This document shows, piece after piece, positions 8,072 through 16,382 of a DNA stretch of 54,507 nucleotides; the stretch's first letter is position 1; the number at the start of each line of letters is the position of its first letter. Source of the stretch: a virus (Duplodnaviria; Caudoviricetes); the IMG/VR virus record IMGVR_UViG_3300020045_002715, positions 1 to 54,507 of that record. One strand, written 5' to 3'. The notes beneath the pieces are model-generated. The model did not search any database and was not told the origin of the DNA. It saw only the letters and a list, made by a program, of their open reading frames with translations. The translations under genes and the position numbers were made by a program.

Positions 8072-8731
8072 ATGGGTTACATTTATGCTATATTTTTCGA
8101 TAATGGCCTTGTTAAGGTTGGGAAAAGCAAAAACAATGTCAAGTCAAGGCTGTCATTTCATAAAAAAATAGTGTCTTTACTTGGTGCCTCAGTACTTTAT
8201 AGCACCAACAAAGATGTTTTTTCATTTTATAGTGGCGCTGAAAAAGAATTAATTAGTTTTTGCAGATCTAATTTCAGTCAAGCAAACCATATTGGGAAAG
8301 AGTGGTTTTTTGCTCCGAATAAATACGATAGAAAAATGGTTGTTGACAAAATAATGGATTTGTCAGATATAGCTAAAATCGGAATGCATGGCTGTCTAAG
8401 GCCATCTGACAGTATTGAATATAAGCTTATGGGAGTTCCTGTATCTTGCAATAAAGATTTTTCAATTGCAAAGCCTGAATTGATAATGTCGATTCTGCAA
8501 GAAAAATTAGAATCGATAAAAATTACGGGTTCGCATTATAAAAAAGTGGAACGTTTGCAAGGAATGAGCGAATTTCAAATGTTTGGGTCATTGTATCTAA
8601 CTAGCAATAGCCATGAAAAATGTTACGATTATATTTCAGCCATAACTGAATGCATAGATTCTGGGTATATAGAAGGCCTTGCCGATATTGCCGGGTATAT
8701 TGAAAATGAATTAAATGGAATGTTCCTGTAA
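8072..8731 (+). CDS. GIY-YIG/T5orf172-like domain protein (AT-rich moron)
   Basis: GYIYAI..GLVKVGKSKNNVKSRL..AEKELI..GKEWF; markedly AT-rich versus its flanks. Confidence 0.7.
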   Translation: MGYIYAIFFDNGLVKVGKSKNNVKSRLSFHKKIVSLLGASVLYSTNKDVFSFYSGAEKELISFCRSNFSQANHIGKEWFFAPNKYDRKMVVDKIMDLSDIAKIGMHGCLRPSDSIEYKLMGVPVSCNKDFSIAKPELIMSILQEKLESIKITGSHYKKVERLQGMSEFQMFGSLYLTSNSHEKCYDYISAITECIDSGYIEGLADIAGYIENELNGMFL

Positions 8732-8981
8732 ATACATAAAATGTAGTATTGTTGTATAATTGAACAATTAATGTATAGTGCTAATGCGCGTTTATTTTTA
8801 TAAACATTGTAAAATATTACATGCTTTAGATTGTCGTCATGGCCGCGTTGGCTCATATCATGTTGAAATACTTGACGAAGCTCTTGAAGAAATGATGAAG
8901 TAGCGCATCAAAGTATCAAAAGTTCCTGTAATGGGATAAAATGTGCGCAGCATCAACTTTAAACCTTTGGGAGTAAATAGC

Positions 8982-9086
8982 ATGAAAAAAGACATTCGCC
9001 CGGCGCCAATGAGTATCGGAGGCGGCGGAAAGCAACGCCCTCCAACCAAGCCAACCAAAGACACGACCAAGCCAAAGAATAAGTAA
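8982..9086 (+). CDS. 34-aa Gly/Pro/Lys-rich peptide
   Basis: GGAG RBS at 8970; MKKDIRPAPMSIGGGGKQRPPTKPTKDTTKPKNK. Confidence 0.55.
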   Translation: MKKDIRPAPMSIGGGGKQRPPTKPTKDTTKPKNK

Positions 9087-9092
9087 CTGGCT

Positions 9093-9521
9093 ATGATGCT
9101 GAATACACGGCGTAACAGGATGCTATTTCTGTTCGCCTTGTCCATCCTTCAGGTGGCACATCAATATCTCTTTAGCGGCGTTCCAAACACGCCAGAGGGG
9201 ATGCTGATGTTCCACGGTACAGCCGCGCTTGCCGATATGTACCTGATCTACGTAGCATCCGAACTTCTGAGCGGAGAACTCAGCTTCCACATTCAATGCC
9301 TAAACCTAGCATCGATCATCGCTAATGCGCTTGGCTACTTTGCATATATGCAATACGCCGCGCCTTGGTTCTACGATTACTCGATATTAGGGATAGGCTG
9401 TGCGCTACTTTATAAACTCCTTTGGGTTGCCAACCATGATCCTAGCAATTCTTGCGACGCTGTGGTTTGCAATCCTATGCGTGGCGTCAATCAACTTTAT
9501 TATTCAAGGTCGCATCGATGA
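9093..9521 (+). CDS. Membrane protein with about four TM segments
   Basis: Four hydrophobic segments; starts 6 bp after the peptide ORF. Confidence 0.7.
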   Translation: MMLNTRRNRMLFLFALSILQVAHQYLFSGVPNTPEGMLMFHGTAALADMYLIYVASELLSGELSFHIQCLNLASIIANALGYFAYMQYAAPWFYDYSILGIGCALLYKLLWVANHDPSNSCDAVVCNPMRGVNQLYYSRSHR

Positions 9522-9790
9522 GCGCAAACGAAACCTTACGCGAGGCGGTAAGCCAAGTGGTCCAGAGTCCTAAGATAGCGGTGGCCGTCTCGACAGCTAC
9601 AACGGCGCTCGGCGCTGCCGCTTCTCAGGACATTGTCCATGGATTTCTAGTCAATGCATCCATGGTAGGCGGTATCATCGCCACGGCTATTTTAGGCTGC
9701 TGCCACCTGGTAAAATTTGCTATCCTACGGCAAGAGCTTCGCAATCTGCGCGCGATGAGTCCCGATTCAAAAGAAGCACCCGCAAAATAA
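9518..9790 (+). CDS. Small two-TM holin-like membrane protein
   Basis: ATGA overlap; two hydrophobic helices and a charged C-terminus. Confidence 0.55.
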   Translation: MSANETLREAVSQVVQSPKIAVAVSTATTALGAAASQDIVHGFLVNASMVGGIIATAILGCCHLVKFAILRQELRNLRAMSPDSKEAPAK

Positions 9791-9808
9791 ACGACAGGAG
9801 ATTCACAA

Positions 9809-10144
9809 ATGAAAACAGTATGTATCGGCATGGATGAGCGCGGCCAGTTTTTCGTTGGCATGAAACCAGAAGGCGGCGATATGGGTATGGGTGCCGAGCA
9901 GCCTGGCGAGGACATGGGCATGGAAGGCGCGGAAATGGACGAGGGTAGCGAGAGCTACATGCAGCCCGTTGCAAGCATGGCTGAGGCGTTCCAGACGGCG
10001 CGCTCGATGTTGACCGAAGGCGATGAAGCTAGCCGACAGTCGCAGTTTGACGCGGGCGTGTCGCGTGTTCTCGGGCCGAACCCAAAGCCAAATATGGGTA
10101 AGGGTGCGCCACCAATGCGCGGCGGGATGAAGGGCGGTATGTGA
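9809..10144 (+). CDS. Acidic Met/Gly-rich hypothetical protein
   Basis: AGGAG RBS; low-complexity GDMGMG repeats. Confidence 0.65.
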   Translation: MKTVCIGMDERGQFFVGMKPEGGDMGMGAEQPGEDMGMEGAEMDEGSESYMQPVASMAEAFQTARSMLTEGDEASRQSQFDAGVSRVLGPNPKPNMGKGAPPMRGGMKGGM

Positions 10145-10422
10145 TGAGTGAATCTAGGCAATACAGCGGCATATGGAATTATACGGATATGGCAAGCATG
10201 GAAGATGCCATAAAGAAGGTCATTGACCTTGCATATCGACAATTCACTGATAGCCAGTCAATTGAATTGATTCATCGCTCGGCGGGTGTAAAAAGCCTGC
10301 AAGACCCGTATGGAAATAACGGCGTCATTGGCGTCCGTTTTAAATCTATCGCGGGCCAAGTAGCAGAGCCAGAAATGTATGAGGATAGCCCTTTGACGCC
10401 CGGTATGAGAGGTTTCATGTGA
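10144..10422 (+). CDS. Hypothetical protein
   Basis: Coupled operon ORF. Confidence 0.55.
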   Translation: MSESRQYSGIWNYTDMASMEDAIKKVIDLAYRQFTDSQSIELIHRSAGVKSLQDPYGNNGVIGVRFKSIAGQVAEPEMYEDSPLTPGMRGFM

Positions 10423-10736
10423 TGGTAGTAAAACAAAAAATTGCCCGTGTGTGGGTGATTACAGAATCGTCCGCCGTGCCGCATGATGTGGTAGCAATCC
10501 GCCTTGATCCGCATAGTGTTTTGCTGACATCGCCATGCGGCATTGAAACAAGCATTGACTATGCCAATTTCATTGGAGTTGACATTACTTTCCAGCACGT
10601 AAAAAACGTTCATCCGTACTGGGTGACATGCGGGCATATGATGCTTCCTAGCAATGTGCCTGATACGCATGTAGCTAGTCAAATTGCGTGGCATGAGCGT
10701 AAGTTGGAGCAGCTAAAAGAGAGGGCGAAGTCATGA
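10422..10736 (+). CDS. Hypothetical protein
   Basis: Coupled operon ORF. Confidence 0.5.
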   Translation: MVVKQKIARVWVITESSAVPHDVVAIRLDPHSVLLTSPCGIETSIDYANFIGVDITFQHVKNVHPYWVTCGHMMLPSNVPDTHVASQIAWHERKLEQLKERAKS

Positions 10737-11158
10737 GTGAATCCCCATCCATGGCCGCAATTGGCCTTCGTATCACGCAAGAGGTAAAGCAGCAGCTCGC
10801 TGACGCAATGACTAAGGTTCCAGCCTCGCAACCAATGGCTGAACTGCGCGAACGGTGCGTAATGGCGATGGCGCGCACAGAGGCAGGCGTATGTGGCGAT
10901 ACCGCCGCGATTATCAAAGGCGCTGAGGCGCTCGCCCAATACATTCTCAACGGCGCGCAAGAGAGCGGCATCCCAGCTAAAGCGCCTACCGGATTGAGCA
11001 TGAGCGAATTGAAAGAAACTGTCGCGCGCTTGGTTGAGGCGAATATGCCGGTGAAGGTACATAGCAGCGAGAATCTGCTACCTGGCAACCCTACAATGTC
11101 TGACCCATTCGGCATGTATGGCACGATTGCCATTCAATACGAGGACATAAAGCGATGA
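10733..11158 (+). CDS. Hypothetical protein
   Basis: ATGA overlap with the upstream gene. Confidence 0.55.
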   Translation: MSESPSMAAIGLRITQEVKQQLADAMTKVPASQPMAELRERCVMAMARTEAGVCGDTAAIIKGAEALAQYILNGAQESGIPAKAPTGLSMSELKETVARLVEANMPVKVHSSENLLPGNPTMSDPFGMYGTIAIQYEDIKR

Positions 11159-11499
11159 ACAACAGCCTGCTCGCTGAACTACTGTTCCTGCACGTCAAGG
11201 TACGGCCATGCAGCAATGCAAAGCCTCTAAGCCGCTTCGACTACGCAACGGCAGAGGCAGCAGGATTTGATATGAAGCACTTCACCGTTGAACCTGCACG
11301 GTACGTAAGGAACTAGCATGAGCGAGCCAATCCGCACGCTCATCACCGCCGATCAAGCAGCCGAGCACCGCAAGCGTGAAGGCTACAAAAGCGCATCGCT
11401 CTACGCCAGGCTCAATCCTGAACTAGGCGAGATAGGTTGCATCGCTATCAATGGCGAGTGCCTAGAGCGCATCATCATCGTTCGCACACTGGAGTAGCC

Positions 11500-11718
11500 A
11501 TGCTCGTCTACATGCACGCACAATGCGGCAAGCCAGCACTAAGGCTCAAGGAGAGGCCAGAAGCGGGCGCCACGCTCACCGCTGCTATATTCCTGCATAT
11601 GGACGGCTCACCAGTAAAAGAAGGCGCACAGATGCTCTGTGACGCTTGCAACGCACCACTAGCAGGGTATGGGGATCGCTTCCCGCAGCTAGGACAGGTT
11701 ACAGAGATAGATGGTTAG
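11500..11718 (+). CDS. Small putative zinc-binding protein
   Basis: GGAG RBS; HAQCGK...CDACN. Confidence 0.5.
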   Translation: MLVYMHAQCGKPALRLKERPEAGATLTAAIFLHMDGSPVKEGAQMLCDACNAPLAGYGDRFPQLGQVTEIDG

Positions 11719-11731
11719 AGACGGTACAGAT

Positions 11732-11825
11732 ACTACATCTAGTGGTCTGGAGTCCGAAAACAGCGTAAAGTGCCAGAAAACACGGGAAAACACCGATGGA
11801 ATACAGCAACATCACTAGATGTAGT
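11732..11825. repeat. 13-bp inverted repeat flanking phased GAAAAC tracts upstream of TerS
   Basis: ACTACATCTAGTG (11732) / CACTAGATGTAGT (11813); GAAAAC at 11756, 11776 and 11786. Confidence 0.7.
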
Positions 11826-11840
11826 GTTTAGGAGGTTTAT

Positions 11841-12173
11841 ATGGTAGTAGAAAAAGAATCAAAAAAAATCAATAAGTCAAGCGTTAATTCAAAAGGTGGC
11901 GCTCGTCCTGGTGCAGGCAGAAAGCCCGGCGCGCCTAACAAGAAAACGCAAGAGTTGCAGCGAGCGGTAGAGAGTTCCGGCATGACGCCGCTCGCTTACA
12001 TGCTCACTGTGATGAGGGATGAGCTAGAGGAGCCGCGCCAGCGCCTTGCTGCGGCTCAAGCTGCTGCGCCTTATGTCCACTCCAAGCTATCGAGCGTTGA
12101 GCTTACGGGGCAGGATGGCGGGCCTGTTCAAATCACGACTATCGAGCGGCGCATCGTAGACCCAACGAAATGA
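11841..12173 (+). CDS. Terminase small subunit
   Basis: KGGARPGAGRKPG N-terminus, AAPYVHSKL, ELTGQDGGPV C-terminus; directly upstream of TerL. Confidence 0.8.
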   Translation: MVVEKESKKINKSSVNSKGGARPGAGRKPGAPNKKTQELQRAVESSGMTPLAYMLTVMRDELEEPRQRLAAAQAAAPYVHSKLSSVELTGQDGGPVQITTIERRIVDPTK

Positions 12174-13402
12174 CAACATTGCAATTACAGACGCCTCGCG
12201 TATTCCTTCCGCTCCTTGAGTATTCGCGTTACAAGGGCGTGCATGGAGGGCGGGGAAGTGGGAAAAGTCACTTCTTCGCGGAGCTGGTGATTGAGCAATG
12301 CATGCTTGAGAAAACGGATGTGGTTTGCGTGCGAGAGATTCAGAAGTCACTGAACCAGTCCGTTAAAAAGCTGCTTGAGGGGAAAATTGAGGCCATGGGC
12401 GTTGGGCACATGTTCGAGGTTCAGGAGTCTGTGATTAAAGCGCCGCACGGTGGGCGGATCATTTTCACCGGTATGCAGAATCACACGGCTGATTCGATTA
12501 AGTCGCTAGAGGGCTACGATATAGCATGGTGCGAGGAGGCGCAGAGTTTAAGCCAGCGCTCGCTTGATCTGCTCCGCCCTACGATCCGTAAGCCAGGATC
12601 GGAGATTTGGTTTAGCTGGAACCCTGACAAGGCAACTGATCCTGTTGATATGCTGCTGCGCTGCGAGAATCCGCCGCCAGATTCAATCGTCATTGAGGCG
12701 AACTACATGGATAACCCATGGTTCCCTGATGTGCTGAAGGCGGAAATGGAGTATGACAAAAAGCGCGATGCAGACAAGTACGCGCATATTTGGCTTGGCA
12801 AGTACCAGCAAAACAGCGAGGCCCGCGTATTCAAGAATTGGCAGGTAGAAGAATTCACATCGCCTCCGGGAACGATTAAACGCCTTGGTGCTGACTGGGG
12901 CTTTGCTGTTGACCCTTCGGTATTGGTTGACTGCTATATCGACGGAAAGCGGCTCTATGTCGAGAATGAGGCATATATGGTTGGATGCGAGATTGATATG
13001 CTGCCTGACCTGTTTGACCAAGTTCCTAATGCGCGCAAATGGCCGATTACTGCGGATAGCTCGCGGCCTGAAACGATTAGCTACATGAAGAAACACGGAT
13101 ACCCGCTGATTACAGGTGCGATTAAGGGCGCTAATTCAGTAGAGGAAGGCGTTGAGTTTCTAAAAAGCTTCGACATCATTGTTCATCCGCGATGCGTGCA
13201 TACTATCGCCGAGTTGACGCTTTATAGTTTTAAGACCGATCCGCTAACCGGTACTGTTACGTCTATACTAGCGGACAAAGATAATCACGTAATTGACGCG
13301 ATTAGATACGGGTGCGAGGGGTCGCGCAGGGCCATGAAAAGCTCGGGTACTAGAGTAAAGATTCCAGTGTATAAGCCGACAACGTACGGCATGGGCATGT
13401 GA
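12170..13402 (+). CDS. Terminase large subunit (PBSX/Terminase_3 family)
   Basis: HGGRGSGKSHF Walker A, AWCEEAQ Walker B, LRPTIRK, WNP, GADWGF, NHVIDAIRY. Confidence 0.95.
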   Translation: MTTLQLQTPRVFLPLLEYSRYKGVHGGRGSGKSHFFAELVIEQCMLEKTDVVCVREIQKSLNQSVKKLLEGKIEAMGVGHMFEVQESVIKAPHGGRIIFTGMQNHTADSIKSLEGYDIAWCEEAQSLSQRSLDLLRPTIRKPGSEIWFSWNPDKATDPVDMLLRCENPPPDSIVIEANYMDNPWFPDVLKAEMEYDKKRDADKYAHIWLGKYQQNSEARVFKNWQVEEFTSPPGTIKRLGADWGFAVDPSVLVDCYIDGKRLYVENEAYMVGCEIDMLPDLFDQVPNARKWPITADSSRPETISYMKKHGYPLITGAIKGANSVEEGVEFLKSFDIIVHPRCVHTIAELTLYSFKTDPLTGTVTSILADKDNHVIDAIRYGCEGSRRAMKSSGTRVKIPVYKPTTYGMGM

Positions 13403-13429
13403 CAAACTATAAATTATAGGAGAAACAAA

Positions 13430-13723
13430 ATGCAAGAGAATCAAACGGCCACCGATCCAATGATCTATTTCGCTGACCAGTCGGACCCGGAGGGCAAGAT
13501 TCACGTCTATGAGAAATTCCGCCAGCTTGAGGCGGCTTATATCGTGCTGATGCGCGCGTATGTGCGCTCGGGCGTTGATTTGCCGATTCTGCTGGAGGGT
13601 AAGACGCTTGACGCTGAGAAGCGCAAAGGCGTGGCGCCGGGGCAGTATGAGGAAGTGGCTAAGCAGTTGATTGACAGTGTAGGCGCATGGCGCGGTGAAG
13701 CCAACGGACAAGTTTCGCAGTAA
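13430..13723 (+). CDS. Hypothetical protein
   Basis: Strong AGGAG RBS. Confidence 0.65.
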   Translation: MQENQTATDPMIYFADQSDPEGKIHVYEKFRQLEAAYIVLMRAYVRSGVDLPILLEGKTLDAEKRKGVAPGQYEEVAKQLIDSVGAWRGEANGQVSQ

Positions 13724-13764
13724 AACCAGCGTTGAGAGACGCATAGAGTAGATCGGAGTAGAGC

Positions 13765-16212
13765 ATGAGCGGTAACAACGTGGTTTATCAGCGCGACATT
13801 AACAATCGCGGGGAGCCTGTAGCGCAGAGGTCGCAGAATGGTGCGGCTTTCGTGACGATGGTTGATCCAGGCACAGGCGCGCCAGCAACGGGCGCAACGA
13901 GTACATCGGACGGCGTTGACCGCTCCAAAACGACTAGCACCACGTCATCGCTGCTCATGGCGGCGAATTCAGCGCGGCGCGGCGTGTTCATCGTCAACGA
14001 TACGGCGATTGATGTGTGGATCAACTTCGGCGCGACTGCTGTTGCTGCTGCGGGTGGCGGCAACATCAAGATCGCAGCGGCTGGCGGCAAGTACGAGTCC
14101 GGCGCATTCACGCCATCGACTGCAATCAATATCATTGCGGCCAGCGGCACGCCAGCAATCACCGCGCGCGAGTTCATTGCGGTTGCAGTAGGCGTAGCAG
14201 ATGCGCCAGTGATCGGCACCGCTACAGCCGGCCGAGAGTCCGCTAGCGTGGCATTCACGGCTGGCGCGTCTAACGGCGGCTACACGGTGCAGGACTATCT
14301 GCTATCGGCCTACGACTCGGCAACCAACGTCCGCTATGCGCAATTCACCGCGAACAGTTCGCCAGCGCTCGCAGCGATCCCGGCCGGCGTGTCGAGCTAT
14401 TTTAAGGTGCAAGCGCGCACGGCCAACGGATTCAGCGCTCTGTCTGGCGCATCTAACGCAATCTCTGCGTTGCAACCGTTCGCAGCTCCTGGCGCCCCGA
14501 CTGGCGTTACTGCAACTGGCGGCGGTGGCACTGTATCGGTCACGTACACCGCTCCATCGCTCGACGGCGGCTCGACTATCACCAGCTACCGCAGCACGCT
14601 GTACCGCGTATCTGACGGCGCTGTGATGGATGTTGTGTCTGGCACTGGTACGTTGACGCACTCGGGATTGACCGGAGAATACCAAGCCTACTCGCGTGTG
14701 GACGCGGCAAACATACCAGAGGGCTACGGGCAGCAGTCGGCACCGTCGGCAATTGTGAGCGTGACGCCGTACATCGGACCAGTTACTTCGCGCAATCGAC
14801 AGCCTAATTACAACACGGCGACCACAACGATAAAAGAAATGATGTTCTGGTCGTTCCGGGATTTCGTTGAAACTATCCCGGCAGGGGAGACGATTTACTT
14901 CGATTACACCAACTGCGTAGGACCGAATGAGACATTGGGCGTTGGCCGGGACGCATCGGCCGACATCAAGTCTTATATTCGCAACTCTCCAAATACGACT
15001 GGCGCATCCGTGCAGTTCCTTTGCAACGGCAATGCAGTGGGCCAGCTAGCTGCGGAGAAATCCCGCATCACGTTTGAAGGCACTTTGCCTTATGACGTGG
15101 TAGCAGGAACGCGCATGTGGATCGGCACTTACGCCGTCTTTACGGGCACGGATGCAGTCCACAGCACGGATTACGCGAACCGCACCACCGCTTGGCGGGA
15201 TTCCACCGGCGAGAGCGTATCGTTTTCGCTCACTCCTGGCGCGGTGACCGACACGGGTATGACAGGCGTGCGGATCACTAACGTTGGGGATTCGATTTCC
15301 GGCTTCGGTTTGAGTCCTTGCGCCGTTCGTTCGCGGACGACCAAGCCAACAATCGCCATTATTGGCGATAGCCAGGAACGCGGTTCGGCTTTGGTGTTGC
15401 CAACCAATCCAATAGATGGGCTGGTTGGCTTGGCCGAGCGTCGCTACAAGGGCTATGGCACGATCAACGTGGCGGTTTCTGGCGACTCGTACGCCTTGGC
15501 TCTGGTGAGTAACAACTTCAACGTGCGCCCGCTGATCGCCGCTGGAACTACGCACGTGCATGATGGGTATGGCGACAACGACGGGTCGCTGACATGGACG
15601 AATTTGTCCACGCAGTACATCCCGCAGATGAAAGCAAAGTTCCCAGGCTGCAAGTACGGTCATGTTACCTACGACCCGAAGGCCACCAGCACGGATTATT
15701 ACTCTACCGTTGGAAACCAAACCGCAATCGCAGGATGGGCGAATCAAAACAGTATCAATATCCAACTTCGCGCTGCTGTTCCCGCGTTGCTTGACTTCCT
15801 TGCTGACGATGCTGCGTTGCTGGAGAACACCATAGGTTCGGCTTTGGGCGTTAGCAAGGTATCGCCTAACACGGTGGTGACTACATACACAGGTACGTTA
15901 CCAGCAGGTCAAGGATATATCGACATGCCACCGGGCACGTTTAACCTCGCCACGCATGAGAATCAAAAAATCGTTATCAAAGGCGCAGGGACTGCGGGCG
16001 CTGACCTGAACGTGTGGATGGCGTACGTTAGTGACACGCGGGTGAACTTCCGGTTTATCAGCGGAACCGCCTTCGGCACGCGAACCATCGTCACAGCGGT
16101 GACCGACCCGGTAGTTATCATTTGCGCCGATGGCTACAAGTTCGATTCGGTACACCGGAGTCAGGTTGGTGAGAAGTTGAATGATTTGGTCTTACCGACT
16201 GCATGGCCGTAA
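13765..16212 (+). CDS. Virion-associated protein with fibronectin type III repeats and an SGNH/GDSL esterase domain
   Basis: PGAPTGVTATGG..VSVTYTAPSLDGGSTITSYR and YFKVQARTANG (Fn3); IAIIGDSQERG, NVAVSG, YGDND and terminal DSVH (SGNH blocks). Confidence 0.75.
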   Translation: MSGNNVVYQRDINNRGEPVAQRSQNGAAFVTMVDPGTGAPATGATSTSDGVDRSKTTSTTSSLLMAANSARRGVFIVNDTAIDVWINFGATAVAAAGGGNIKIAAAGGKYESGAFTPSTAINIIAASGTPAITAREFIAVAVGVADAPVIGTATAGRESASVAFTAGASNGGYTVQDYLLSAYDSATNVRYAQFTANSSPALAAIPAGVSSYFKVQARTANGFSALSGASNAISALQPFAAPGAPTGVTATGGGGTVSVTYTAPSLDGGSTITSYRSTLYRVSDGAVMDVVSGTGTLTHSGLTGEYQAYSRVDAANIPEGYGQQSAPSAIVSVTPYIGPVTSRNRQPNYNTATTTIKEMMFWSFRDFVETIPAGETIYFDYTNCVGPNETLGVGRDASADIKSYIRNSPNTTGASVQFLCNGNAVGQLAAEKSRITFEGTLPYDVVAGTRMWIGTYAVFTGTDAVHSTDYANRTTAWRDSTGESVSFSLTPGAVTDTGMTGVRITNVGDSISGFGLSPCAVRSRTTKPTIAIIGDSQERGSALVLPTNPIDGLVGLAERRYKGYGTINVAVSGDSYALALVSNNFNVRPLIAAGTTHVHDGYGDNDGSLTWTNLSTQYIPQMKAKFPGCKYGHVTYDPKATSTDYYSTVGNQTAIAGWANQNSINIQLRAAVPALLDFLADDAALLENTIGSALGVSKVSPNTVVTTYTGTLPAGQGYIDMPPGTFNLATHENQKIVIKGAGTAGADLNVWMAYVSDTRVNFRFISGTAFGTRTIVTAVTDPVVIICADGYKFDSVHRSQVGEKLNDLVLPTAWP

Positions 16213-16266
16213 CCTATGCTACTCATCATCAAAACCTGTTAGGTTATATTTAGCAAATTAGTAACT

Positions 16267-16303
16267 AAAGCGCTTTGGAGCAATCCTTAGCGCTTTTTCT
16301 TTT
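16267..16303 (+). terminator. Putative intrinsic terminator
   Basis: AAGCGCT...AGCGCTT followed by a T-run. Confidence 0.5.
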
Positions 16304-16382
16304 CTAACGTAACTTTTGTTGTTACTATGCACGCCAATAGAGATATAATGTGGACACGGAGAATTAAATAGGGTACGGCGAA

